NCBI GenBank assembly: GCA_944383205.1
Contig: CALWOR010000001.1
Location: 1-55,676 of the forward strand
Source of the DNA: an uncultured Oscillospiraceae bacterium
GTDB lineage: Bacteria > Bacillota > Clostridia > Oscillospirales > Oscillospiraceae
Reading direction: 5' to 3'
Length of the DNA stretch: 55,676 nt
Under the pieces are notes generated by a model. That model was not told where the DNA came from. It made no database searches and was given only the letters and a program-made list of their open reading frames with translations. Shown in pieces: positions 37,102-45,413 of this stretch (positions are counted from its first letter, which is position 1; each line of letters opens with the position of its first letter). The position numbers were made by a program, and so were the translations under genes.

Positions 37102-37413
37102 ATGAGAAATAAAGTCGTGGTCAACATTGCCGGGCGGGAGTACACCATGGTCGCGGTTGAGGACGAGACCTATGTGCGCAAGTGCGCCGAGCTTGTGGAT
37201 CAACAGCTCAAGCAGATCTCATCCGACCATCTGGCACAGGCTGACGCCGCGGTCCTGGCCGCTATGAATCTTGCCGACCAATTTTTGAAGGAGCAGCAGG
37301 CCAGCGACGACCTGCGCCGTCAGGTGAAGGAAAATCTGGAGGAGGCCAACCGTCTGAAGCTGGAGCTCTCCGAGGCCAAGCGGGAAATTTTCAAGTTGAG
37401 TACCCGTAAATAA
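37102..37413 (+). CDS. zapA: Cell division protein ZapA
   Basis: NKVVVNIAGREYT, AVLAAMNLAD, coiled coil; RBS GGGGAGG. Confidence 0.9.
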   Translation: MRNKVVVNIAGREYTMVAVEDETYVRKCAELVDQQLKQISSDHLAQADAAVLAAMNLADQFLKEQQASDDLRRQVKENLEEANRLKLELSEAKREIFKLSTRK

Positions 37414-37477
37414 ACTTCATCACAGGTCGTCCACACGGGCGACCTGTTCACCGTACTTGCCAAAGGAGGCTCTTTTC

Positions 37478-39562
37478 ATGCTTGAACTGCTCTCCCCAGC
37501 CGGATCCATGGAGGCGGTGACCGCCGCAGTGCAAAACGGGGCGGATGCCGTCTATCTGGGATATGGAGATTTTAACGCCCGCCGCAACGCCAAGAATTTC
37601 ACCCGGGAAGAGGCTGCGGCGGCCGTTTCTTACTGTCACCTGCGGGGCTGTAAGGTCCATCTGACCTTAAATACCCTGCTTACCGACCGGGAGCTGCCAG
37701 GAGCTGCCGAGGTGGCCGCCCATGCCAGCGACATGGGTGTGGATGCCGTCATCGTTCAGGACCTGGGCGTGGCCCGGATGCTCCGCCAGACCGTGCCCGA
37801 TCTGCCCATCCACGGTTCTACCCAGATGACCATCCATTCCCTGGACGGAGTGAAGGCCTGTGCCGATTTGGGGATGAGCCGGGTGGTGCTGGGACGGGAG
37901 CTGAGCCGGGACCAGATCGCCTACATCTGCCAGCACTCCCCCATCGAGATTGAGGTGTTTGGGCACGGGGCCCTGTGTATGTGCTGGTCGGGGCAGTGCT
38001 TTTTCTCCTCGGTCATCGGGGGGCGCAGCGGCAACCGGGGGCTGTGTGCCCAGCCCTGCCGACTGAAATACGGATGGGGCGGACAGGCCAACGAGTACCC
38101 CTTGTCCCTGAAGGATCTGTCTATGGCGGGTCATCTGAAGGAACTGTCTGAGATGGGGGTATCCTGCCTTAAACTGGAGGGAAGAATGAAGCGCCCGGAA
38201 TATGTGGCCATCGTTACCGGCATCTATGCCCGGGCCATCCGGGAGGGCCGGGAGCCCACCCCCCAGGAGATCGAGATTCTGACCCAGACCTTCTCCCGCC
38301 AGGGTTTTACCGACGGCTACTATTTGGGTGAGACCGGCCCGGATATGTTTGGTACCCGCCAGGAGGAAAAGGAACCCCGGGAGCTGTACGCCAAGGCCCG
38401 GGCAAGCTATGAAAACGGGGAAAACCGAAAGGAACCGATCCGTATCTATGCCCTGATTCAGCAGGGAGAGGCGGCCCAGGTGGCGGCGGAAGACTGCCAG
38501 GGCCATGTGGCCCGTGTTGAGGGACCCGTCCCCGAGCAGGCCCGGAATGTCCCCCTTACCCGGGAAAAGGTGGAGGGGCAGCTCCAGCGTACCGGCGGCA
38601 CCCCCTACGCCTGTGAAAAGGCTACTGCCAAGGTGGGAGAGGGGCTTTCCCTGCCCTTGTCCGCCCTGAACGATCTGCGGCGGCGCTGTCTGGAGGAGTT
38701 GTCCAAGCAGCGCCAAACCCTGCCCCAGCGGCGGAAAGAGGCCTTCCGCCCCGGCGTCCGGTATGAAAATCCAAAGCGGCCCCCGGTTTTTACGCTGTCT
38801 CTGCGCACAGCCGAGCAGTTCAGCCAGGAGCTGTTGAAGCTGGGACCGGCTCTTATCTACCTCCCCGCCGATGAGGCTGCCGCCCATCCGGAGCTGATCC
38901 AGCTCTGCCAAAAGGCCGGCGTTCCGCTGGCAGCGATCATGCCTCGGATCTGCACCGATAAGGAACTGCCCCAGCTGGAGCAGGATCTGGTGGCCCTGCG
39001 GAACCAGGGGGTGAGCGAGGCGCTGGCCGGCAATCTTGGCTCGTTGCGCCGGGCTGCCCTTATGGGCTTTCAGGTTCGGGGAGACTTTGGACTGGGGGCA
39101 TATAACAGCCAAACCATGAAGGAACTCAAGAGGCTGGGACTCATTTCAGCCACTGCTTCCTTTGAACTGAAACTGGCCCAGATTCGCGACCTGTCCAAAA
39201 CCATTCCAACAGAGTTTATCGCATACGGCCGTCTGCCCCTGATGATCATGGAAAACTGCATCATCCACAACCACTCAGGCCGTCACACCTGCGGCAATGT
39301 AAATTTCCTGACCGACCGGAAGGGAGAGCGCTTCCCCGTGGTGAAGGCCTGGGGCTGCCGCAATGAGATCTATAATGCCAAGAAGGTGTTTCTGGCGGAC
39401 AAATCTGCCGATTGGCAGAAGCTGGGGCTCTGGGGAGCCCGGCTCATGTTTACCACCGAGAATGCCGCCGAGTGTGTCCAGGTTCTGGAGCGTTATCTGT
39501 CTCAGGGCTGTTATCAGCCCAACGATTTTACCCGGGGGCTCTACTATCGGGATGTGGAGTAG
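37478..39562 (+). CDS. rlhA: U32 peptidase family protein with long C-terminal extension (RlhA-like 23S rRNA hydroxylase)
   Basis: ELLSPAGS, GADAVYLG, HGALCMCWSGQC, NRGLCAQPCR, LKLEGRMK; about 700 aa. Confidence 0.78.
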   Translation: MLELLSPAGSMEAVTAAVQNGADAVYLGYGDFNARRNAKNFTREEAAAAVSYCHLRGCKVHLTLNTLLTDRELPGAAEVAAHASDMGVDAVIVQDLGVARMLRQTVPDLPIHGSTQMTIHSLDGVKACADLGMSRVVLGRELSRDQIAYICQHSPIEIEVFGHGALCMCWSGQCFFSSVIGGRSGNRGLCAQPCRLKYGWGGQANEYPLSLKDLSMAGHLKELSEMGVSCLKLEGRMKRPEYVAIVTGIYARAIREGREPTPQEIEILTQTFSRQGFTDGYYLGETGPDMFGTRQEEKEPRELYAKARASYENGENRKEPIRIYALIQQGEAAQVAAEDCQGHVARVEGPVPEQARNVPLTREKVEGQLQRTGGTPYACEKATAKVGEGLSLPLSALNDLRRRCLEELSKQRQTLPQRRKEAFRPGVRYENPKRPPVFTLSLRTAEQFSQELLKLGPALIYLPADEAAAHPELIQLCQKAGVPLAAIMPRICTDKELPQLEQDLVALRNQGVSEALAGNLGSLRRAALMGFQVRGDFGLGAYNSQTMKELKRLGLISATASFELKLAQIRDLSKTIPTEFIAYGRLPLMIMENCIIHNHSGRHTCGNVNFLTDRKGERFPVVKAWGCRNEIYNAKKVFLADKSADWQKLGLWGARLMFTTENAAECVQVLERYLSQGCYQPNDFTRGLYYRDVE

Positions 39563-39667
39563 GGAGTAGGGCGCAAGCCTTTTGCGTGTTCCTGCCCCGG
39601 CGGGAACGAGAACGCCAAAAAGGCCGGAAATGCTCAAAATCGGGAGAGGAGTAAGGGGGGTCGTACT

Positions 39668-40792
39668 ATGCTTGGACGGCAGAGATTGTTCTGGTCCGCC
39701 CATCCCTATGATCTGGAGGGTACTCAGGAGAAATTCCTCCAGGCGGTGCGGGAGAACTGCGCCTATCATATCCGACACTGTCCGGAATACCGGGCCATTG
39801 CCGGGGCGCTGGGATTTACCCCTGGACAGCTGCGCGCCCCAGAGGATCTGGCCAAGATCCCTGTACTCCCCACTCTTTTCTATAAACGACACGCCTTGTT
39901 TTCCATGCCGCGGCGGAGAATGGCCATGTATGTGACCTCTTCCGGGACCAGCGGAAAATTCAGTCAGATCGGCTTTGACTGGGGCTGCATTTTCGCCGAG
40001 ATCCCTATGATCCTCCGCTTGGGCCGGCACCATGGACTTATCTCGCCGAAGCCAGCCCACTGTGTGATTTTGGGCTATAAGCCCCACAAGGCCAATAAAA
40101 CCGGCGTTACCCGTACCATGTACGGCCTGACATGGTTCTCCCCTCCCATCAGCCGTACCTACGCTCTCCACTATGTGGATGGAGGCTATGTCCCTGATCT
40201 GGACGGGGTGGCCCGGGCCCTGGAGCGGCTGAGCAGCTCCCCCTTCCCCACACGAATCGTGGGCTTTCCCTCCTACCTGTGGTTTGGACTGCAGCGCATG
40301 GAGGAGCTGGGACTTCAGGCCTCTTTGCCCAAGGGCTCCAAGATCATGTTGGCGGGGGGCTGGAAGCAGCACTACTCGCAACAGGTGGAGAAGCCTGTTC
40401 TCTACCGGCTGGCCGGAAAAGTTTTGGGGATCCCCGAGGATCAGATCCACGAGTTTTTCGGTGCAGTGGAGCACCCCATCTTTTATAACGCCTGCAAGCG
40501 TCACCACTTTCACATTCCCATCTACGCCCGGATCATCATCCGGGATGTAAATACCTTGGAGCCTCTGCCTATGGGACGCATTGGGCTGGTGAATCTGATC
40601 TCACCCCTGATGAATGCAACCCCCACCACCAGCGTCATGACCGATGACCTGGGCTACCTCACGCCGGGGGAGGAATGCGGCTGCGGCATCACCTCCCCTT
40701 ACCTGACCATTTTGGGGCGGGTGGGCCTCAGCGACATTCAGACCTGCGCCGCCGGCGCAGCTCAGCTTTTGGGAAAGGGGGAAGGGTTTTGA
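39668..40792 (+). CDS. luxE: LuxE-family acyl-protein synthetase
   Basis: IPVLPTLFYK, TSSGTSG, AGGWK, FFGAVEH, SVMTDDLG, ILGRVG...TCA. Confidence 0.85.
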   Translation: MLGRQRLFWSAHPYDLEGTQEKFLQAVRENCAYHIRHCPEYRAIAGALGFTPGQLRAPEDLAKIPVLPTLFYKRHALFSMPRRRMAMYVTSSGTSGKFSQIGFDWGCIFAEIPMILRLGRHHGLISPKPAHCVILGYKPHKANKTGVTRTMYGLTWFSPPISRTYALHYVDGGYVPDLDGVARALERLSSSPFPTRIVGFPSYLWFGLQRMEELGLQASLPKGSKIMLAGGWKQHYSQQVEKPVLYRLAGKVLGIPEDQIHEFFGAVEHPIFYNACKRHHFHIPIYARIIIRDVNTLEPLPMGRIGLVNLISPLMNATPTTSVMTDDLGYLTPGEECGCGITSPYLTILGRVGLSDIQTCAAGAAQLLGKGEGF

Positions 40793-42054
40793 TTCTTGCA
40801 AAGGGAAGTGTCCTGCAGGATACTGAGCTGACCAGGATCCTGGGAGAACTGGGGGAGGACATCATTGCTCTCCGGTCCCTGCCGCCGCTGGCCCCCCATG
40901 TGGTCATTGATGCCTGCGCCAGGCTCCTCAGCCGGCTGGACCGGGGAGAACTGGATGAGCTGATATATCGGTACGCCACCCCTCAGACACTGAAAGCCCT
41001 GGAACAGTATCGGGGACTCCTGCGGCCGGAAAATCTGGAATATAAACTTACGATAGAGACAGGTGGTCTCCTTTCAGCCGGCTCCCGCCCCTTTGGCTGC
41101 GCCGCTGCCGTGCCTCTGGGTACTTTGCTTCACATCACCGCCGGAAATATGGATGGGCTGCCCGCCTTCAGTGTGGTGGAGGGGCTGCTCACCGGCAATA
41201 TTAACCTGTTGAAGCTGCCCTCGGGGGATTCGGGGCTCTCTCTGGCTCTTTTGAAGCTGTTGGCGGATGAGGAGCCCCGGCTGGCCCCTTACTTCTATGT
41301 CTTTTCCATTCCCTCCAGTGACAAGCGATCCCTTCAGGCCCTGGCCGACCTGGCCGACGGGATTGTTACCTGGGGCGGGGACGAGGCTATTCAGGCCATG
41401 CGCTCCATGGCCCCCGCTGGCTGCAAGTTTATGGAGTGGGGGCACCGGCTGAGCTTTGCCTATTGTGCCGGTTCCCCGGAGAATCAGGAACTGGAGGCCC
41501 TGGCTGGGCACATCATTGCCGCGGGAGGACTGTTGTGCTCCTCGTGCCAGGTGATCTACCTGGATACCGCCAGTCTGGATGCTGCCTACGCTTTCTGTCG
41601 GCGCTTTCTGCCCATTCTAGAGCGGGCGGCTTCCATAGAGCATCAGACTCCCGGTCAGGCGGCTCAGGCCACCCTCCACGGATATGAGCACTTTCTGGAG
41701 CTGACCGTGGCAGAGAGCACGGCTCAGGTACTTCGCGGCCGGGGTTGTTCGGTGACTCTGTGTCCCGACCAGGCGTTGGAGCTCTCCCCTCTTCACGGAA
41801 ATGTGCTGGTGAAATGTCTGCCACGGCAGGAACTTGTCCGGGCGCTGTTCCCCCAGCGAGGGCGGCTCCAGACAGCCGGGCTGCTGTGCCCTCTGGAGGA
41901 GCGGGAGGAGCTGTCCGCCCTCCTGGCCAGGGCGGGCGTTACCCGGGTAACCACTGCCGGGCACATGTCCGAGCCCTTTTTGGGGGAGAGTCACGACGGG
42001 GAATATCCCTTGAGGCGCTACCTGCGGGTAGTGGACAGGGAGGCTGTGTTATAA
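40789..42054 (+). CDS. luxC: LuxC-family acyl-CoA reductase
   Basis: PLGTLLHITAGN, GLLTGNINLLKLPS, VTWGGDEAI, EWGHRLSF, LLCSSCQ, SHDGEYPLRRY; TTG start overlaps the luxE stop (TTGA). Confidence 0.85.
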   Translation: MILAKGSVLQDTELTRILGELGEDIIALRSLPPLAPHVVIDACARLLSRLDRGELDELIYRYATPQTLKALEQYRGLLRPENLEYKLTIETGGLLSAGSRPFGCAAAVPLGTLLHITAGNMDGLPAFSVVEGLLTGNINLLKLPSGDSGLSLALLKLLADEEPRLAPYFYVFSIPSSDKRSLQALADLADGIVTWGGDEAIQAMRSMAPAGCKFMEWGHRLSFAYCAGSPENQELEALAGHIIAAGGLLCSSCQVIYLDTASLDAAYAFCRRFLPILERAASIEHQTPGQAAQATLHGYEHFLELTVAESTAQVLRGRGCSVTLCPDQALELSPLHGNVLVKCLPRQELVRALFPQRGRLQTAGLLCPLEEREELSALLARAGVTRVTTAGHMSEPFLGESHDGEYPLRRYLRVVDREAVL

Positions 42055-42078
42055 AAAATTATTTGGGAGTTTACCATT

Positions 42079-42528
42079 ATGGAGTTGAAAATCAAGGCGC
42101 TTTCCCCTAAAATTGGGAGCGATATCCCTCTGCCCTATTATGCCACCCCGGGTGCGGCGGCCATGGACCTCCACGCCTGCATGGATGCCCCGGAAGTGAT
42201 TCCTGCCCGGGGACGGAAGGTGATCCCCACAGGGATCGCCATTGCCCTGCCCTCATCGGACTATGTTGCCCTTGTCTTTGCCCGCAGCGGCCTTGGCATC
42301 AAGCACGGCATCGCCCCAGCCAACTGTGTGGGTGTCATCGACAGTGACTACCGGGGGGAGATATTGGTGGGGCTGCAGAACGCGGGAGATACCGACTTCA
42401 CTGTTCAGCCCGGGGATCGGATCGCCCAGCTGATGATTACCCCTGTGGTACAGGCCAATATTCAGATTGTGGATGATCTGGATGAGACCCAGCGGGGAGC
42501 CGGGGGCTTTGGCTCCACCGGAAAGTAA
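42079..42528 (+). CDS. dut: dUTP diphosphatase
   Basis: AAMDL, ARSGL, GVIDSDYRGEI, GDRIAQL, RGAGGFGSTG. Confidence 0.98.
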   Translation: MELKIKALSPKIGSDIPLPYYATPGAAAMDLHACMDAPEVIPARGRKVIPTGIAIALPSSDYVALVFARSGLGIKHGIAPANCVGVIDSDYRGEILVGLQNAGDTDFTVQPGDRIAQLMITPVVQANIQIVDDLDETQRGAGGFGSTGK

Positions 42529-42542
42529 AGGAGTAGTGCACC

Positions 42543-43400
42543 ATGTTTGGACTGTTTAAGAAGAAGGAGTCCCCCCAGCCCAAGGCGAGCTCCCAAAGTG
42601 ATGCCTTTCGAACCCTGGCCGCCCAGTTTTCCACCGTAGAGCTGGATCTTTTGGCTGTCACCGGGCCAAGTGGCTTTGGCGCCGTACAAAAGGAGGGAAG
42701 TGAGCTGTGGGAGGCGTCTATCGGCCTTACCGCCTGGATGGAGGAGGACAGCCCTGAGATCCACCGGGAGGAGGTTGGTCTGGTCACGCTGGCAGATGAT
42801 ACTCTCCGGGGCTATCTGCGCCAGCGGGTCCCGCCGGACTTTATCATCAAATTCCGAGCCAGACCCTCTCTGGAGGGAGGACGGTTTTTGCTGCTGGACC
42901 TGCCTCAGCCTACCTTTGACCCCGATCTGAAGGCCATTCTGGAGGAGCAGAAAAAGCCTCAGAGCATCTATGTGGAAGATCTGGGGACTTTTGTTCTGAA
43001 CCGACAGGTGGGCTGGTACGAGGCGGAGCTGGACTGGCTGGATGGGACCGTGCGCTTTGACTTTGACAAGGGGACGGACGAGGCTATGAAGGGCGCCCAG
43101 GCTACTGCCAAGGCTCTGCTGTCTGAGGCACCAAGCTGGGATGAGCGTGTGCGTGCCTTTGCCGCCGCACAGCTCACAGACCTGGCCAATCAATGGGCCC
43201 AGGATGAACCTGAAGAGGAAGTGCCCCAGAAGATCACCCCCGAGGAGTTTGCACAGCGCATGGAGCTGGATGCCATCCAGGTAGACGACCGGGGAGGCTT
43301 TATCTTCTGGTTTGAGGACGGGGAGCTGTTTTGGGGGCACTCCATCCGGGTCAGCGGTACTCTGGAGGGCGGACCGGATGACGCCCAGATGGAGGGCTGA
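42543..43400 (+). CDS. DUF2262-like protein
   Basis: MFGLFKKK N-terminus; C-terminal ITPEEFAQRMEL...FWFEDGELFWGHSIRV resembles DUF2262 (recognised from memory). Confidence 0.7.
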   Translation: MFGLFKKKESPQPKASSQSDAFRTLAAQFSTVELDLLAVTGPSGFGAVQKEGSELWEASIGLTAWMEEDSPEIHREEVGLVTLADDTLRGYLRQRVPPDFIIKFRARPSLEGGRFLLLDLPQPTFDPDLKAILEEQKKPQSIYVEDLGTFVLNRQVGWYEAELDWLDGTVRFDFDKGTDEAMKGAQATAKALLSEAPSWDERVRAFAAAQLTDLANQWAQDEPEEEVPQKITPEEFAQRMELDAIQVDDRGGFIFWFEDGELFWGHSIRVSGTLEGGPDDAQMEG

Positions 43401-43405
43401 TTCCC

Positions 43406-43999
43406 ATGCGTATCATTCTGGCCTCTCAATCCCCTCGGCGGCGGGAACTGCTGGAGCGGATGGGCCTGTCTCAGTTTGAAATCATCCCCGCGCAGGGCGA
43501 GGAGCGAGCCGCCCCCGGCCTTGCTCCCGCCCGGCTGGTGGAGGAGCTCTCCCGACAGAAGGCGGCGGAGATTGCCCAGACCCATGCCGACGCCCTTATC
43601 ATTGCCGCCGACACGGTGGTGTCGGTGGACGATCGGGTGTTGGGCAAACCCCACAGCCGCCAGGAGGCGGCAGATATGCTGGCCCTCCTCTCCGGGCGGG
43701 AGCATGTGGTCTACTCCGGCCTTACAGTCTGGTACCAGGGCCGCTCCATGACCCGGCACGAGGCTACTACTGTTCGTTTCCGCCCCCTCTCTGCCGATGA
43801 TATTGCCCACTATGTGGCCACCGGCGAGCCCATGGACAAGGCCGGCGCCTATGGCATTCAAGGCTATGGCTGTACGCTGGTGGAGGGGATATCGGGAGAT
43901 TATTACAATGTGGTAGGTCTGCCCGTTTGCCTTCTGGCTCGGATCCTGTCCGGATTCGGAGTGGACCCTCTGGCCATGGCCGCCCAAAAGGAGCTTTAA
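43406..43999 (+). CDS. maf: Maf nucleotide pyrophosphatase
   Basis: ILASQSPRRRELL, AADTVV, LGKP, DKAGAYGIQG, NVVGLP. Confidence 0.96.
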   Translation: MRIILASQSPRRRELLERMGLSQFEIIPAQGEERAAPGLAPARLVEELSRQKAAEIAQTHADALIIAADTVVSVDDRVLGKPHSRQEAADMLALLSGREHVVYSGLTVWYQGRSMTRHEATTVRFRPLSADDIAHYVATGEPMDKAGAYGIQGYGCTLVEGISGDYYNVVGLPVCLLARILSGFGVDPLAMAAQKEL

Positions 44000-44002
44000 G
44001 CT

Positions 44003-44845
44003 GTGAAAGATTTTTTGCGGAAAAATGGAATTCTGCTGCTGGTGATCGCCCTGCTGCTGTCTATTCTGATCGGGGTGGGCTCCGCCTTTTTTGGAGGCAA
44101 CGCAGATCCTCTGTCCAATGTGGCCAACACCGTTACCGCCCCTGTCAGAAGCGTGATTTCGACGGTGGCCGACTGGGCCGAGGGTGTCTACACCTATGTG
44201 TTCCACTACGGGGAACTGCAGGAGGAACTGGACAGCCTGCGAACCCAGGTGGCTCAGCTGGAGGACGAGGTGCGACAGGGTCAGGAGGCCAGCCGGGAAA
44301 ACGAGCAGCTGCGCTCTCTGCTGGACCTGCAGGAGAAGCGGCGGGACTTTGTCTTTGAGTCGGCCAAGGTCACGGCCCGTTCCACAGTCAACTGGGAGTC
44401 TACTCTCACTTTGAGCAAAGGGAGCTCCGCTGGCATTGAGGCAGGGGACTGTGTGATCACGGAGACCGGCGTGTTGGTAGGGGTGGTGTCCCAGGTGGGG
44501 TATAACTGGTCTACCGTATCCACCATCATCAACACAGACACCGAGATGGGCGGGATTGTCTCCCGCACATACAGTGCCGGAGTCCTGGAGGGGGACTTTG
44601 CCCTGATGACCCAGGGGAAGCTGAAGCTCAACTATCTTCCTGAGGGGGCCCAGCTGGTGTCCGGTGATGAGGTGGTCACCTCAGGTAAGGGAGATGTATT
44701 CCCCTCCGGCCTTGTAGTGGGACAGGTAGAGGGAGTCTTTACCGATCCATCGGGCCAGTCCCGGTATGCGGTGGTCAATCCATCTGCCAAGCTGGACTCA
44801 CTGGTGGAAGTTTTTGTCATCAAGGACTTTGAAATCGTGGAGTAA
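44003..44845 (+). CDS. mreC: Rod shape-determining protein MreC
   Basis: TM helix, coiled coil ENEQLRSLL, KGSSAGI, GVLVGVV, GDEVVTSG..VFPSGLVVG. Confidence 0.95.
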   Translation: MKDFLRKNGILLLVIALLLSILIGVGSAFFGGNADPLSNVANTVTAPVRSVISTVADWAEGVYTYVFHYGELQEELDSLRTQVAQLEDEVRQGQEASRENEQLRSLLDLQEKRRDFVFESAKVTARSTVNWESTLTLSKGSSAGIEAGDCVITETGVLVGVVSQVGYNWSTVSTIINTDTEMGGIVSRTYSAGVLEGDFALMTQGKLKLNYLPEGAQLVSGDEVVTSGKGDVFPSGLVVGQVEGVFTDPSGQSRYAVVNPSAKLDSLVEVFVIKDFEIVE

Positions 44846-44860
44846 TAGAGAGGTGTTTCC

Positions 44861-45373
44861 ATGACTCGTCGGGACCTCATTCATAAATGGCTGATTTACG
44901 CGCTCGGGCTGCTGCCTGTGTGGGTTCTGGATGCCTACATTCTGCCGCGGTATCCCATTGGAGGGATCTCCCCCATGCTGCTCCCTCTGGCCGTGGCTGC
45001 AGTAGCGGTGTTGGAAGGTGCCTATGCGGGGACGGGATTTGGCCTTGGGGTGGGACTTTGGTGGGAACTCACCTATCCCGGAGGCTTCGGCGGCCTGGTA
45101 TTCGGAATGGCCCTGGCGGGTATGATCATGGGGGCGGTGTCCCAGTATGCCCTCAGTCAGTCCTTTCCCGGATGCCTGATCTGCTCAGCGGGAGTGTTGG
45201 GGGCTTTGGATGGCCTTAGAGTTGCACAGGGGCTGTTGGTCCATACGGCCCAGCTTCCTGCGTTGCTCCAGGTGGCAGTGCCTGAGTTCCTTTATTCTCT
45301 GATCTGGACGCCCCTTATTTGGCTGCTGTTTCGGGCTGTATATCATCGAGTAGGCGGCACGAAGCTGGCATGA
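44861..45373 (+). CDS. mreD: Rod shape-determining protein MreD
   Basis: 170-aa polytopic membrane protein between mreC and PBP2. Confidence 0.8.
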   Translation: MTRRDLIHKWLIYALGLLPVWVLDAYILPRYPIGGISPMLLPLAVAAVAVLEGAYAGTGFGLGVGLWWELTYPGGFGGLVFGMALAGMIMGAVSQYALSQSFPGCLICSAGVLGALDGLRVAQGLLVHTAQLPALLQVAVPEFLYSLIWTPLIWLLFRAVYHRVGGTKLA

Positions 45374-45413
45374 CCCAGATATTTCCCTGGTTTCCCTCTG
45401 GAAAGGAGGTTTT

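Noticed and set aside
39668-42054. Bioluminescence operon
   Set aside because: No luciferase (luxAB) or luxD in the window, and luciferase needs oxygen whereas the host appears to be a clostridial anaerobe
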